Assembly (NCBI GenBank): GCA_000091205.1
Contig: AP006501.2
Strand: one strand, 5' to 3'
Source: Cyanidioschyzon merolae
Lineage: Eukaryota
DNA: 64,000 nt
Shown: positions 44,635-56,205 of the stretch, piece after piece
Layout of the letters: the number at the start of each line of letters is the position of its first letter
Numbering within the stretch: the stretch's first letter is position 1
Notes under the pieces: model-generated
The model's database searches: none
Seen by the model: the letters and a program-made list of their open reading frames with translations, nothing else
What the model was told of the DNA's origin: nothing
Translations under genes and position numbers: made by a program

Positions 44635-46644
44635 GTCACAGCGGAAACGTCTATCATGCCGCAGACCCCGCAGGGGCAACGAACCGACCCGGGCAAGCCG
44701 CTGCGTATCACACCGGATACCTCGCTGGATAATGCCGCTTGGATGATATTCCATGTGCCACCGAAGAGCGAACGGGTTTTCTACTGGCCTGAACCGCTGG
44801 GTTCGTCCAAGCTCCTGCTGAAACTATTGCCTGGAGAGGCAGGCCTGGCGACGGCGTTGGCGAATCCCCAGCTCTTTGCGGATGCAGTGGTGGTACCAAC
44901 GCGTCAACTGCACCCGGAACCGCGCTGGTTGGCACAACGACGGGGACACCAGCCAGCGTTCCTGTATCGAATGATAGCCCAGGGGCCGGAACGACACCTC
45001 GTGGTCGACGAAGGCACCACCAGTACATTGGCGAACGAACCTGCCTGGATACCGCGCTTTCGATTGGACGCGCAGCTCAGCTTGCCGACGCTCTACCTGA
45101 ACTTGTACAACTTGCAGGCGCGTCCCTTGCTAGAGGTCCAACTGCAGCAGCTGGAGGTGCTCGCGAATGCCGGACTCCGACCTGACCAGCAGTTGGCGAT
45201 CATGACGCGTCTCGACGACCTGGTGCTTCTGAACCGCATGGACCGTGCTCGTTCGCAACGCGTTGTCAGCAAAACTGCAGGATCGTTGACCAGCGGTGAT
45301 GACCGGAGCACCCCAGCGCCCGCTACGAACAACAAGGGCGTTGCCAACGAAACACCGAGTGAGCTGCTGGTCGTTGCCCTGGTACTACGACATGTCCAAC
45401 GCGATCTCCTACATGTGAGCGCTTTGCAAGTAGAGCTCACGCCGCTCCGAGTGAACCTGGAGCCAGCGCTTCTCTATGAAACCGTGCTTACCCTGGTGAG
45501 TTGCTATGATCGTGCACGGTGCTCGTCGTTGACTGCAACGCAACGCAGAAGCGCCATGTCGTCGTCGTCGTCGTCGTCAACGAATGCAGGTGCTGGAATC
45601 GGCAGCAGCGTTACCAGTCCAGGTTCATGCAGTGTACACGAGGCCCAGACAGGTCGCCGGGAAGTGCGCTCTACCAGAGCTGTGAGCAGCGGCGCCCTGG
45701 CATCGCTTGCGCTACCCGCTGAACGCACTCGTTCACTACCGGCAGTCTACATGGAGCAGGGCGCCATCGGTGACCTGCAGATCCTGCTCACCTGGAGAAA
45801 GTCATCTGCGAAGTTGCTCCTTGCACGCGTGGAGGCAGCAGCGAGTCCGCGTCTCGCCGAGGCTGTCCAGCAAATACGCGACCTCCTGGCATACGTACCC
45901 GCAGTGCGTGACGCGCCCATGCGCCTGAGTGGTATCATGCTCACCGAGTACCTGGCTACCATGGAGCAACTCGTGCATCGGATCGTGCAGCACTACATAT
46001 GGAGCGGGATTCGTAACGGGTATGCACTCGTCGGCTCGCTGGATATGCTCGGAGCGCCGCTCAATATCTGGGGCCACACCAGCGGTCGTGTGCAAGCCAT
46101 TTCACAGGATATTTCGCATGGACGCCTGGGCAAAGCCGGCAAGCACATGGTAACGTTTATCGGTGGCACTGTAGGCGACGTCGGTCAGTCGTTTACCGGT
46201 GCGCTGTCGTCGTTTGGTGGTATGGCGTGGCGGCGGCTAAAGTGGCTGCAGCGCGCTCCGTCACATGCTATGAACCCGTCGTCGTCATCGTCGTTGTTGC
46301 CTACCGACTGGGGAGAAGGCGACGACAACGACAATGACGACGGTGCTGGTAGAGATGCAGTTGAGAATGCACGCCCCGGTGGTAGCTTACCGCTGCGTGC
46401 TGGTCAGGGCGGCTCGCGTGGTGCCAAGACGCGGCAGCGGGCACCGTGGGCAGCACGTTTTGTCGCCCGCTGGTTGCCTGGCGGTGCTGGACGGCGACCG
46501 GCTAGTGCCACCACCGGAGCACCAGCACCAGCACCAACAGCAGAGCCTAGCGTTCAGCCGACTGTACCTCCGTCGCCACTGGACTGGCGTCGAGCGCTTC
46601 TGGGGTATGCATCCGCGAGCGACGCTCGTTCGGGTAGCACCTGA
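35455..46644 (+). CDS. VPS13: VPS13-family bridge-like lipid-transfer protein (chorein-N N-terminus, VPS13/ATG2-type C-terminus), 3729 aa
   Basis: ATG at 35455 checked. N-terminus MLERFVVQRLLRFLGDFIEGGLQEEQLSLLFGTGNSVELRDVRIRSDRL matches the chorein-N motif. C-terminal LGAPLNIWGHTSGRVQAISQDISHG...GKHMVTFIGGTVGDVGQSFTGALSSFGG matches the conserved VPS13/ATG2 C-terminal region. Very long, with many low-complexity inserts. Confidence 0.8.
35974..36009 (+). repeat. (CAG)12 coding microsatellite (polyQ) inside the VPS13-like gene
   Basis: cagcagcag... read directly; translated as Q12-13 in frame. Confidence 0.85.
42646..42690 (+). repeat. (GCACCA)7.5 coding hexanucleotide repeat encoding (Ala-Pro)n in the VPS13-like gene
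   Basis: gcaccagcaccagca... read directly. It gives APAPAPAPAPAPAPA in frame and a spurious CWCWCW ORF on the opposite strand. Confidence 0.85.
44495..44558 (+). repeat. (ACCGGA/ACTGGA)n coding repeat encoding a (Gly-Thr)n/(Ala-Thr)n dipeptide tract in the VPS13-like gene
   Basis: aaccggaacaccggaaccggaactggaactggaactggaaccgcaaccgcaaccggaactggaact translates as NRNTGTGTGTGTGTATATGTGT. A (CAG)12 polyQ tract follows at ~44599-44634. Confidence 0.8.
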
Positions 46645-46934
46645 GCCCCTGCACGGTGCAATCGATACCACACGATCCCTAGTGATGCACCAGAATCACA
46701 GGTGGACACAGGTACTTGCCTTGCGTTGTTCGGTTTTTCCACAGCAACCGCGCTCCGCATCTATGTCGATGCGAGCAGACTTTGTGGGTGTTTTGGTGAT
46801 CCTATCACAAAACGGCTGGTGCAGTGCACAGGGAACGTTTACGGGACGTACCAGAAGCAATAAGGTCGAATCACCGTAGCAACAACAACAGCAGCAGCAG
46901 CAGCATACTACCGTATGCGCATGGAGCGCAACGC

Positions 46935-49037
46935 TTACTCAACCCAGCCAATGCGATTAAAGGGTGACTGCATGATACGCTCGTATCGTGGCATGTCCGT
47001 GGGTGACGGGAGAATCCATCGGATGTGGTCTTCGAGTAAGGTGCACGTCATACGCGCCCCGAGTGCCATCATCTCGAGCCCTGGCGCCAGTCGCTTGATC
47101 ATTGCCGGATAGAGCAGGCGTGCACCGAGCACAGTAGCGAGCGCTTTGTTGGCATCAGCGCTTCGACGTACTGGATAGCAGCGGAACGCATGCAAGCGGC
47201 TAAAATAGACTCCATAACATGTAAAGGTGCACTCGTGTGCGGCGCTGGAGGCGTCACCGCATGTCGATTCAGCGAACAGCGGGCGCACGAATCCATTCGT
47301 GATACGATCCGCGAGCACTTCTTCTACTTCTTCTTCTTCTGGTGCAAGGAACAACAACCGATACAGATAGCGCTGGATGTCGCGTTTCGACGATCCCGGC
47401 GATGCAGACGTATCGAATCGTGCGAGTCGTTCCAAACGAACGAGACCAAACTCGGATGCGGATGCCGGGCGTAGCCTTGGACCACGCTGTGCGGTATGCG
47501 CTGGTGCGTCCTCACTAGGCGTATCGACGCTCTGTGGATCGACGCAGAGCGGCGTCTTAAACGTAACTAGATCAGGGAACTGAGCTTCGGTGTGATAGCC
47601 GCACTGCCTCAGCACTGAATTCGCGAGTCGTCCAACCACAAGGGCAACTGCGCGTACCCCAGAGGCGGCCGATGTTCCAGGGACGCGCGCAAACGCCGCA
47701 GCGCTGGAAACCACTGGCGCCTGCGCTGCGTTCGAGTGCCCAGTGCCGGCATCGGAGGCGACTGTGGCAGCCTCGGCGGGCATCGTTGCGTCGCCAAGTG
47801 GCGGCTTTTCGATAGGTGCGAGGTCGACGCTGTCGACTGGCGGCGGCTCGGAGCAGGCCAGCACCACCGCGTCGAAGCAGACGTCGCACGAGGGCGTTGC
47901 GTCAGCCGGGAACTCGAGGCGCCAACGCGGCAACTCGGATGCCGCCGCATCAGCAGGCACCGCGTGGATACGGATTACCCTGGCGTGGTGCATGACGCGT
48001 GCCCCGCTCTTCTCCACGAGTCGCTGACAGAGGCATTCGAGGCCCTCGAGGGCACCATACTCGTCTGCGTCGCAGAGATTGAGGCTCGCCATGGCCCGCA
48101 GCCCAGCGAAGCCATTCACTTGCAACAGCAGGCATGCGTCGCGGTCGTGCACTTGTCCAGGAGATGCGGTACCGAACACCTCGCGCAATGCGACCGGCTC
48201 CAGAATCTCCTCGGCGAACGCGAGTCGGATGTGGGCATCGCGGCAGAGCTGAGCGACGTTGGTCACTGCCCACGACCACATATCAGCCGCTTGGAGAAAC
48301 TGTGCAACCGACCAGCAGTACGCTACGCCTTGTCGATAGATTCGTCGCCATTGGTCCGCGAATCCGGCACCCAGCTGGGTCGCAAGCTGAGCAGATCGAC
48401 CAAACCGTCGCCGATGCTGCAGACGCTGCCAGGTACGCATCAGAAACTTGTGCCCGTACGTGATGTACGGCATCTGGCTCAGCGACATCCACATCAGGCT
48501 GATTCCAATCAGTGCCCAGCCCAGGCGCAAGAGCCAGCGCGTGTAGCGCAGCGCCATCCGCAGCGCCAGCATTGCCAGCACAAAAGGCAACAACTGGGCA
48601 AGGCCGGTGTCCTCGAGACCGCTGGTAAGCGCGTTTAGCCACGGCAGACCGCCAAACGCGCTCAGACGAACCAACGTGCCAGTGTCTGTTTTCGTAGGCC
48701 AGTCCAGCACTGCTGTGGCGTATAGACCACCGTGTGCTGGACTCGCTGCGCGTCGGGGCTGAACGCGCATCCCGCACCGCTTGATTAACTCCAAGACACG
48801 CAAGTCATCTGCTGTGAACGAGTCCCAGAGCCCGACTTCTACGTTGACCCCCTGTACGGAGACACTTCGAACAGAGCCACCCAGACGATCGTGCTGCTCG
48901 AAGAGGACAACTTCATGATCAGCCGGCGCTTGGTTCGGATCACACTCGCCGTTGTCTCTCAGGGTTTTCAGTGCACGAGCGACCTGGTACGCGGAAACGC
49001 AGCCACAGAAGCCGCCGCCAATGATCGCCACACGCAT
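46935..49037 (-). CDS. FAD-dependent oxidoreductase, prenylcysteine oxidase-like
   Basis: Track start 49106 is TTG; first ATG at 49037 (checked) begins MRVAIIGGGFCGCVSAYQ (GxGxxG dinucleotide-binding motif). VVLFEQHDRLGGSVRSVSVQGVNVEVGLWDSF parallels the prenylcysteine oxidase N-terminus. The rest is loosely colinear; the family call is moderate. Confidence 0.55.
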   Translation of the reverse strand: MRVAIIGGGFCGCVSAYQVARALKTLRDNGECDPNQAPADHEVVLFEQHDRLGGSVRSVSVQGVNVEVGLWDSFTADDLRVLELIKRCGMRVQPRRAASPAHGGLYATAVLDWPTKTDTGTLVRLSAFGGLPWLNALTSGLEDTGLAQLLPFVLAMLALRMALRYTRWLLRLGWALIGISLMWMSLSQMPYITYGHKFLMRTWQRLQHRRRFGRSAQLATQLGAGFADQWRRIYRQGVAYCWSVAQFLQAADMWSWAVTNVAQLCRDAHIRLAFAEEILEPVALREVFGTASPGQVHDRDACLLLQVNGFAGLRAMASLNLCDADEYGALEGLECLCQRLVEKSGARVMHHARVIRIHAVPADAAASELPRWRLEFPADATPSCDVCFDAVVLACSEPPPVDSVDLAPIEKPPLGDATMPAEAATVASDAGTGHSNAAQAPVVSSAAAFARVPGTSAASGVRAVALVVGRLANSVLRQCGYHTEAQFPDLVTFKTPLCVDPQSVDTPSEDAPAHTAQRGPRLRPASASEFGLVRLERLARFDTSASPGSSKRDIQRYLYRLLFLAPEEEEVEEVLADRITNGFVRPLFAESTCGDASSAAHECTFTCYGVYFSRLHAFRCYPVRRSADANKALATVLGARLLYPAMIKRLAPGLEMMALGARMTCTLLEDHIRWILPSPTDMPRYERIMQSPFNRIGWVE

Positions 49038-50349
49038 ACCGCTCCACGACACGTTGCTGCGTCTGCGGTGCCGCACCAGGCTGCACAGCTTCGCCCTAGT
49101 ACACAATCCGTACCGGTATCGTTTACACGGGATACGGAATCAGCAAGTGCCGCGAATACCAGAGTGCTTCTGCGAAGCTCGTCAGGCGGCAGCGGTGCTG
49201 GTCTAGCGCCGGCGCATCGAATCGCATCGCATCTCCTGCGCGCATCTTCGACTGGCGCGCGCAGCGGCGGGATGCAGCATCGTTGCACGAATTCGCGACA
49301 AATAGGACATTGGTAGGTGCTGTGCTATCTCATCGAAGGAAAGCCCTTGTTCTCCATAAAGCGACTTCTTGCTTGTTTGATGGGGTTTCCCGGCACTGCA
49401 CCATCATTATTTCTATGGGGAAATGAGCGTGTTCGTCTTGACTGCTGGCCTGGTCGCTGAGAATTCAAAGCGGAAAGCTGCCGTTCTGGGAAGCGCAGTG
49501 AATGTGGTACACGCTCAGGTCTTCTGATGACACCACTTGTGCCCGCGATAGCAGCGGCCAAATGCCTCGCACGAGACCTGTCGCATGCGCTGTGCGTCGA
49601 GCGTCGGACCTTGAGCGAGCACATGGAAGCGGGCAGCGCGAAACGCTCACCCGTTTTCAAACGACGCATGCGGCGAGCAGTGCGGTATCTGCAACGTGAC
49701 TGTTTGGATCAAGCTCCAAAGTAACAGGAAGTTTTCAGATACGGTATGGTGCGATTTTAAAGCACTTGGGCTACTGGCAAGGAGTGCAGCATTCGCAGCG
49801 TGACTATTTGGATGAAACGCTCGTGTAGCGGTATGTTTTCGGATACGGTCTGGTGCTATGGAAAAAACCTGCATTCGGAGTGAGGTATCGCATCATCGCT
49901 CACTAAGCATCCGTGCATGTTTGAAGCTGGACACGGATTCGATGCATCGATCCTGGACATGAAGGAAACACGCAGCAGCAGCAGCAGCAGCAGCAGCACA
50001 CGCACCACCCCGGGAATATTTTCCCGCGCTGCTGTTGTTGCTGCAACGTCGTCGAGCCCAAATTGGACACGCAGTACTGGGCACGTGTCCGCGACGCACG
50101 GCAGCTCCAGTGCGAATCGACAGCGGCACGCGACGCGACGCCACAATCACGGAGACGTGTCCGGGGCCGAACAGCACGGCGCTGGCCCTGACGTGTCCAC
50201 GCACCGCAGGCACCGCACGGTAGGCCGTGCAGGGGGCGCGTTCCCCGGTAGAGCGCAGAGAAATACTGTTTCATTTCTCCTGCGACGTGGTTTCTTTTTC
50301 AGAGGACTCTGCCGTACCGAACGCTGTCGCTATAGGCTGAATCGTGTTG

Positions 50350-51489
50350 ATGCACGCCCCTATTGTCCAAGAAGCAGGAGATATTAACAGGTCTTCTAAA
50401 ACGTTTCTGGTTGGTAACACCAAGTTTACCGTGCCTGCCCACTATGAGCTCGTGCGACCTCTAGGGCAAGGCGCGTACGGCCTTGTCGTCGCTGCGCGGG
50501 ATACTCGCAACGGTGCTGGTGTCGCTATCAAAAAAATCAGTCGGGTGTTTGCGCACGTTACAGACTCGAGACGGACGCTGCGAGAAATCAAGTTATTGCG
50601 TCACTTCCACCACGAGAACATCATCGACCTGTTGGACTTGTTCACGGAACCAGGTGCGACAGCCGCGACTTTTGACGACGTGTATCTGGTTAGTACGCTT
50701 CTCGACACGGACTTGCACCAGATCATTGCCTCTGGACAGAAACTGACCGATGATCATTTTCAGTATTTTATTTACCAGGTTCTACGCGGTCTGAAGTATA
50801 TCCACTCAGCGAACGTGCTCCATCGCGACTTGAAACCGAGCAACCTCTTGGTGCGTGCAAACTGCGACCTCGTGATTGCCGACTTTGGTCTCGCGCGCGC
50901 TGCACAGCCGCGTGTCGACGACACGAGTCATCAGATGCTGCTCACCGAGTATGTCGCTACCCGGTGGTACCGTGCACCAGAGATCATGCTATCGTGGCGA
51001 CACTACACTTCAGCGGTGGACATTTGGTCTGTGGGATGTATCTTCGCCGAGCTTCTGGGTCGCAGGCCGATTTTCCCAGGTCGCGACTATCTCCACCAAC
51101 TGCAGTTAATTACGCAGGTACTCGGGACGCCCAGCGAGGCCGATCTCATGGAAATCGCCAGCGAACGGGCGAAGCGTTTTATGCGCTCGCTACCCGTTCG
51201 AACACCGCTGAAGTGGAAGGATTTGTTTCCGAGGTGTGAGAATCCACTGGCCCTTGATCTTTTATCGCGTATGTTGTGCTTTTCGCCGGATCAACGGATT
51301 ACGGTGGAGGAGGCGCTTGCGCATCCCTATTTGGAAAAGTGCGCCGATGTCAACGATGAGCCTGTATGTGATCGTCCCTTTGACTTTTCGTTTGAAGAGC
51401 GCGCTGATCGAGGTGGTGCTCCCGAAATTCGCCAAATGCTCTGGGAAGAGATCAAGGAATTTCAATGCATTAGGCGGGAAAAGCAATGA
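50350..51489 (+). CDS. Mitogen-activated protein kinase (ERK/Slt2-like, TEY activation loop)
   Basis: Track start 50344 is GTG; ATG at 50350. [55 protein letters not shown], and a C-terminal docking region. Intronless. Confidence 0.9.
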   Translation: MHAPIVQEAGDINRSSKTFLVGNTKFTVPAHYELVRPLGQGAYGLVVAARDTRNGAGVAIKKISRVFAHVTDSRRTLREIKLLRHFHHENIIDLLDLFTEPGATAATFDDVYLVSTLLDTDLHQIIASGQKLTDDHFQYFIYQVLRGLKYIHSANVLHRDLKPSNLLVRANCDLVIADFGLARAAQPRVDDTSHQMLLTEYVATRWYRAPEIMLSWRHYTSAVDIWSVGCIFAELLGRRPIFPGRDYLHQLQLITQVLGTPSEADLMEIASERAKRFMRSLPVRTPLKWKDLFPRCENPLALDLLSRMLCFSPDQRITVEEALAHPYLEKCADVNDEPVCDRPFDFSFEERADRGGAPEIRQMLWEEIKEFQCIRREKQ

Positions 51490-52189
51490 GCAGCTCACGG
51501 CGACGCGGGGCGATACGCGTTGTGCTCGGGTCGCGCAGGTGCAGAGCGCCTTGACGGGCGTCTGTGTCATGCTGCAACGCTGCGCGGGTTCGTCCATGTT
51601 CATGGAGGGTTTCGCGATCTTTATAGCACCGTGGCGGGTCTCGCTTGGATGCTGTGAAATAGCGAATCATGTGATGCCATGATCGTTCGGCGATCGCACA
51701 GGAGACTCGTTCGCGGCATACGAGGATGGCGCTCCCGCCTCGCTGGATTGCTGCAACGTACCAAGCCCATGTGTTGTTTTTATTTGATCACCAACATGAG
51801 ACGAGGACGCACATGGTGATGAAGGAAGCTTGAATACAGTTCTTGGATCCCATGCGCAGGTCGTAGTGCATCTCTTGTCTAGAGCATCGGGTGTGATGCA
51901 GCAAGCGAGTTTGAATGATGGATTCCGGGGGAATGTGGACAACCTGCAGCACTGCATGCGGACCGCTTACAAACAGTTGCTTGACGAGATGCGTCAAAGC
52001 GAGAGCACCCGACAGAGCCGTGCTCGAGTAACAGGAGACGCAATCCCTGATGGCACCTTGAATCAACCGTTTTTAGGTGATTCTCCCCGGACCATCCGTT
52101 TTACATTTCGGTTTCTCGTCATCCGCTTTTGGGGAGAGGTTTTGTCTCCTTTGTTCCATGATTTGCTCTCCTTCTCGTTTATTCGGCAG

Positions 52190-53197
52190 GGTAGCATACA
52201 TGTAACCGCTCTCATCCATATCCGTTTTCTCGCACCCAGACGCACTGGGTGGCCTGTGGAACTAAACCTCCATCTTCTCATGTATATATCTACGGTTTCT
52301 CAAGTATCTTCCCGTCAACCTCTCTAAAGGCGGGGCAGCATACATGGAACCGCTATCATCCATATCCGTTTTCTCGCACCCAGACGCACTGGGTGGCCTG
52401 TGGAACTAAACCTCCATCTTCTCATGTATATATCTACGGTTTCTCAAGTATCTTCCCGTCAACCTCTCTAAAGGCGGGGCAGCATACATGGAACCGCTAT
52501 CATCCATACCCGTTTTCTCGCACCCAGACGCACTGGGTGGCCTGTGGAACTAAACCTCCATCTTCTCATGTATATATCTACGGTTTCTCAAGTATCTTCC
52601 CGTCAACCTCTCCGAAGGCGGGGCAGCATACATGGAACCGCTATCATCCATATCCGTTTTCTCGCACCCAGACGCACTGGGTGGCCTGTGGAACTAAACC
52701 TCCATCTTCTCATGTATATATCTACGGTTTCTCAAGTATCTTCCCGTCAACCTCTCCGAAGGCGGGGCAGCATACATGGAACCGCTATCATCCATATCCG
52801 TTTTCTGGCACCCAGACGCACTGGGTGGCCTGTGGAACTAAACCTCCATCTTCTCATGTATATATCTACGGTTTCTCAAGTATCTTCCCGTCAACCTCTC
52901 CGAAGGCGGGGCAGCATACATGTAACCGCTATCATCCATATCCGTTTTCTCGCACCCAGACGCACTGGGTGGCCTGTGGAACTAAACCTCCATCTTCTCA
53001 TGTATATATCTACGGTTTCTCAAGTATCTTCCCGTCAACCTCTCCGAAGGCGGGGCAGCATACATGGAACCGCTATCATCCATACCCGTTTTCTGGCACC
53101 CAGACGCACTGGGTGGCCTGTGGAACTAAACCTCCATCTTCTCATGTATATATCTACGGTTTCTCAAGTATCTTCCCGTCAACCTCTCCGAAGCGCG
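52190..53197. repeat. Tandem satellite, 144-bp unit x 7, between the 3' ends of the MAPK (+) and desaturase-family (-) genes
   Basis: Unit gggcagcatacatggaaccgctatcatccatatccgttttctcgcacccagacgcactgggtggcctgtggaactaaacctccatcttctcatgtatatatctacggtttctcaagtatcttcccgtcaacctctctaaaggcg starts at 52190, 52334, 52478, 52622, 52766, 52910 and 53054. A few variant sites (atatcc/ataccc, ctcgc/ctggc, ctctaaagg/ctccgaagg) are shuffled among copies. Confidence 0.9.
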
Positions 53198-54264
53198 GAC
53201 GCCCATAGACCGAAGCTTGCCTCGACGTTCTCTCCCGTGCTCGATCAGAGCCGCAACATATCCGCATAGTGTTGGTGCAGGTTGATGACGAGTTGTCAAA
53301 GGACAATGTCATGGCCGCAACCGATGTGTCTATGGACCAACGAGCATGAGAATGGCGTTCAACAACAGACAAGACGTCTTCGTCTGGATTGAGCCAGGCA
53401 GAACAGGAGTGCACGAAAAGCATCCCAATGCTGATATCTGATGAATGCCCGGGGACCGCTTTGGGGTAATAGAAAGCGACGCTGCCTAGGAGTTGGACAA
53501 AAGAATGCGGTATGAAGATCCCGAGAACTGATTTGACAAAGGATGATCTGATCCATGCGTCTGTGCATTTGGCGATTTGTAGACGATAACCCATTTTCTA
53601 ACAGCAGCCAGGTCTAATGTTATCGTCCTTTCCGCGTTTCTCCTCTTCATCAGCCGCGGTTGATAGCTCTCTGAGCCCCAGTATACAGGTCGGCAATGTC
53701 TCCCGAGTTTATTCTAATCAAGCGAGGCGAGTATCCGGCCGGCATGAGGTACGCGTTCGTGCTCCAGAGCGACATCGACGGTGTGTTGTTCAACGCGCGT
53801 AAGTCTTCCACAAAAGCGCTCTCCTTCCGTTATCCATCCGTGTCTCTTCATCACAGTTCGTCTCTAGGGAAATGGAACTTCACATCCTGCAGATTCTCTG
53901 GTTGTTGTTCTTAAAGAACGAATCGAATGAAATTCATTGACGAGTTGACAGACGTTTATATAGAATTTGATATGTTCGGTTTTGGCAACGCGGCGTTTAA
54001 GATACGGACGAGGTTCAGGTTGGTTCATGCACTTGCTGGCCTCAGAGTGGCCGACTTGTATCGCTGTGCCCGTTCCGCGCAAGCGAACAATCATTGCCAA
54101 CCGTCCTTCCAGCGCCTTTGTCCAATCTACCATACACATTTCTGTTATAATGTATCTGCTAGACAAACAAACAAAAACAACAAGCCCATGTCTCTGAAAG
54201 TGTTCCAGCATTCACTGTTCTCTATTCAACCCTGAAATACGCGCAACAGCCAATGTCCGAGGTC

Positions 54265-55083
54265 TCATCGAGACTTGACTTGTTTTCGTTGCTTATACGC
54301 CAAGTTCGTTCCGTATACCTCATCGCAATACGTGAAGATACTGGCATAGTTGCCACTGTACAGGTAGTGATGATAATCATGATGCTCCGTGCCACCGTAA
54401 AACGGTAAATATGCATTAAGGTTCCAGCGAAACTCGTAGCCACTGTGAATATCAATGGCCTCGTACTGCCGTAGCATCATCCAGATCAGGGTCGTGAGCA
54501 AATGTGACGACAAAAGCACGGGTCCCGCAATGGTAGGTATCCCCAACAGGATGACCTCCAGTGGATGCGCATCGGTAGCTGCGAGGCTGAACGGCGTATT
54601 CCATTGGTGGTGCCAGTAGTGGATATGTCGATAAAGCCAGGGTGTATGCAACCAGCGATGGATCCAGTAGTTACCAAAGTCCTCGATCACGAAACACGTC
54701 AGCACATGCAGCACCACTTCATCAGCACGGGGCAGGGGCGGCTCCCGGCGCACGCCCACCCATCGAAACACCGGATACGAGAACGCAATCAGCGGGAGCA
54801 TAACGCCAAAGAATAAAAAGAAGAGCGATAGGAAGCAGCGTGATAGAGCGCGCGCATCTGGATACCATTGTTTTTGGACTTTAGCAGCGCGTGCGGAACT
54901 TGGTCGCACCAGGTCCAGTATCAGGTACGGAATGCAGCCCAGAAAGTATCCCAGAACCAGTGCCGCGAAAAGGCCGCCCACTGTCATTTGAAAGTCTGTT
55001 GTCCGTTGGTATACGGCGAGCCAGAGGCGCTGAATGGCGCTCCACCGCGTAGCGATAGCAATGACAGTGAACTCGAGGATCAT
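54265..55083 (-). CDS. Fatty-acid hydroxylase superfamily protein (sterol desaturase/C-4 methylsterol oxidase-like)
   Basis: ATG at 55083 checked. Three His boxes typical of membrane di-iron hydroxylases/desaturases: HRWLH, HYWHH, HHDYHH. Multiple TM helices; 272 aa. Confidence 0.8.
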   Translation of the reverse strand: MILEFTVIAIATRWSAIQRLWLAVYQRTTDFQMTVGGLFAALVLGYFLGCIPYLILDLVRPSSARAAKVQKQWYPDARALSRCFLSLFFLFFGVMLPLIAFSYPVFRWVGVRREPPLPRADEVVLHVLTCFVIEDFGNYWIHRWLHTPWLYRHIHYWHHQWNTPFSLAATDAHPLEVILLGIPTIAGPVLLSSHLLTTLIWMMLRQYEAIDIHSGYEFRWNLNAYLPFYGGTEHHDYHHYLYSGNYASIFTYCDEVYGTNLAYKQRKQVKSR

Positions 55084-55689
55084 TGCTCAGAGTTGGGGTC
55101 AGATGTTATCGGTAGACGATGGAGCAGGCCAGGGAAGCGATGAAACAACGCGGGCAGATAAAGCGCAGTACTATTCTTGCTCGTATTTCCTGCTGAAAAT
55201 AAAATTGAGCGTTGCAAGAGCAGCAGACACTGTAGAGTCGATGCAGGTTAAGTGTTCCCAGCACCGGGTAGCAGTGCTCGCGTCGTGGAAAAAGGACGCT
55301 GCCCAGCACAGGAGTAGCTGTCTGGCTTCAGGAGACCCGCTGCAGATGCAACGCGCCACAGTCGAAATTTTTTTCCTCAGGGGCGCGCACCTCAGTCCAG
55401 ACGTCGGTTATCGAAGACGCAATACGACACGTTCAAACTGCAACGCAGTTGGTTCTTTTCCAAGAAAACCCAGGGGTGTTAGCCCCAACTGCCGTAGAAC
55501 TCGCGAGGTAACGTACGTTGAACGATGCGCTTACGAGAGACCCACAGACTTGCTAGCAGCACTGGTGCTGGTGATGGTGCGCCCGCAAGTCGTAACACTG
55601 GAGTTGCTCGTACAACGAACCCCACTCGAATAGTGTACAGTCACTTGACGAAACGCGTGGTATCGCTTCGGTTCACGCAACCGTAAAGT

Positions 55690-56205
55690 TGCGTATTAGT
55701 GGCGCTGGCGCACCGAGGCGCGTTGCCATGTGACGTATCATTTATGTACATAAACATACATCTATAGACCAATTATTCCTATCCCTCGCAACCGCCGTCT
55801 TGCGATCGTATCGATGATAGAGGTGGCAGTCAGTAGCGCACGGAGGCGCGTTGCCATGTGACGTATCATTTATGTACATAAAAATACATTTATGTACCAA
55901 TCATTCCTATCCCTCGCACCCGCCGCGTTGCCATCGTATCGATGATAGAGGTGGCAGTCAGTAGCGCACGGAGGCGCGTTGCAATGTGACGTATCATTTA
56001 TGTACATAAAAATACATTTATGTACCAATCATTCCTATTCCTCGCATCCGCCGTCTTGCGATCGTATCGATGATAGAGGTGGCAGTCAGTAGCGCACGGA
56101 GGCGCGTTGCAATGTGACGTATCATTTATGTACATAAAAATACATTTATGTACCAATCATTCCTATTCCTCGCATCCGTCGCGTTGCCATCGTATCGATG
56201 ATGCG
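55690..56205. repeat. Tandem minisatellite, 128-bp unit x ~4, 0.6-1.1 kb upstream of the desaturase-family gene start
   Basis: Marker gcgcgttgc(c/a)atgtgacgtatcatttatgtacata recurs at 55718, 55846, 55974 and 56102. The unit contains the palindrome tatgtacata, tgacgt, and atcgtatcgatgatag. Confidence 0.85.

Noticed and set aside
49917-50387. 156-aa + ORF upstream of the MAPK gene with a poly-Ser run
   Set aside because: The poly-Ser run is an (AGC)n microsatellite at ~49975-50010 read in frame. The ORF overlaps the likely MAPK 5' UTR or promoter and has no protein-like features.
52249-53208. 319-aa ORF (and the overlapping 241-aa ORF at 52544..53269) made entirely of 48-aa repeats
   Set aside because: Both are by-products of the 144-bp satellite, whose period is a multiple of 3. 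They begin inside the repeat, have no signal peptide and no non-repeat N- or C-terminal context, and two frames are simultaneously open. Treated as non-coding.
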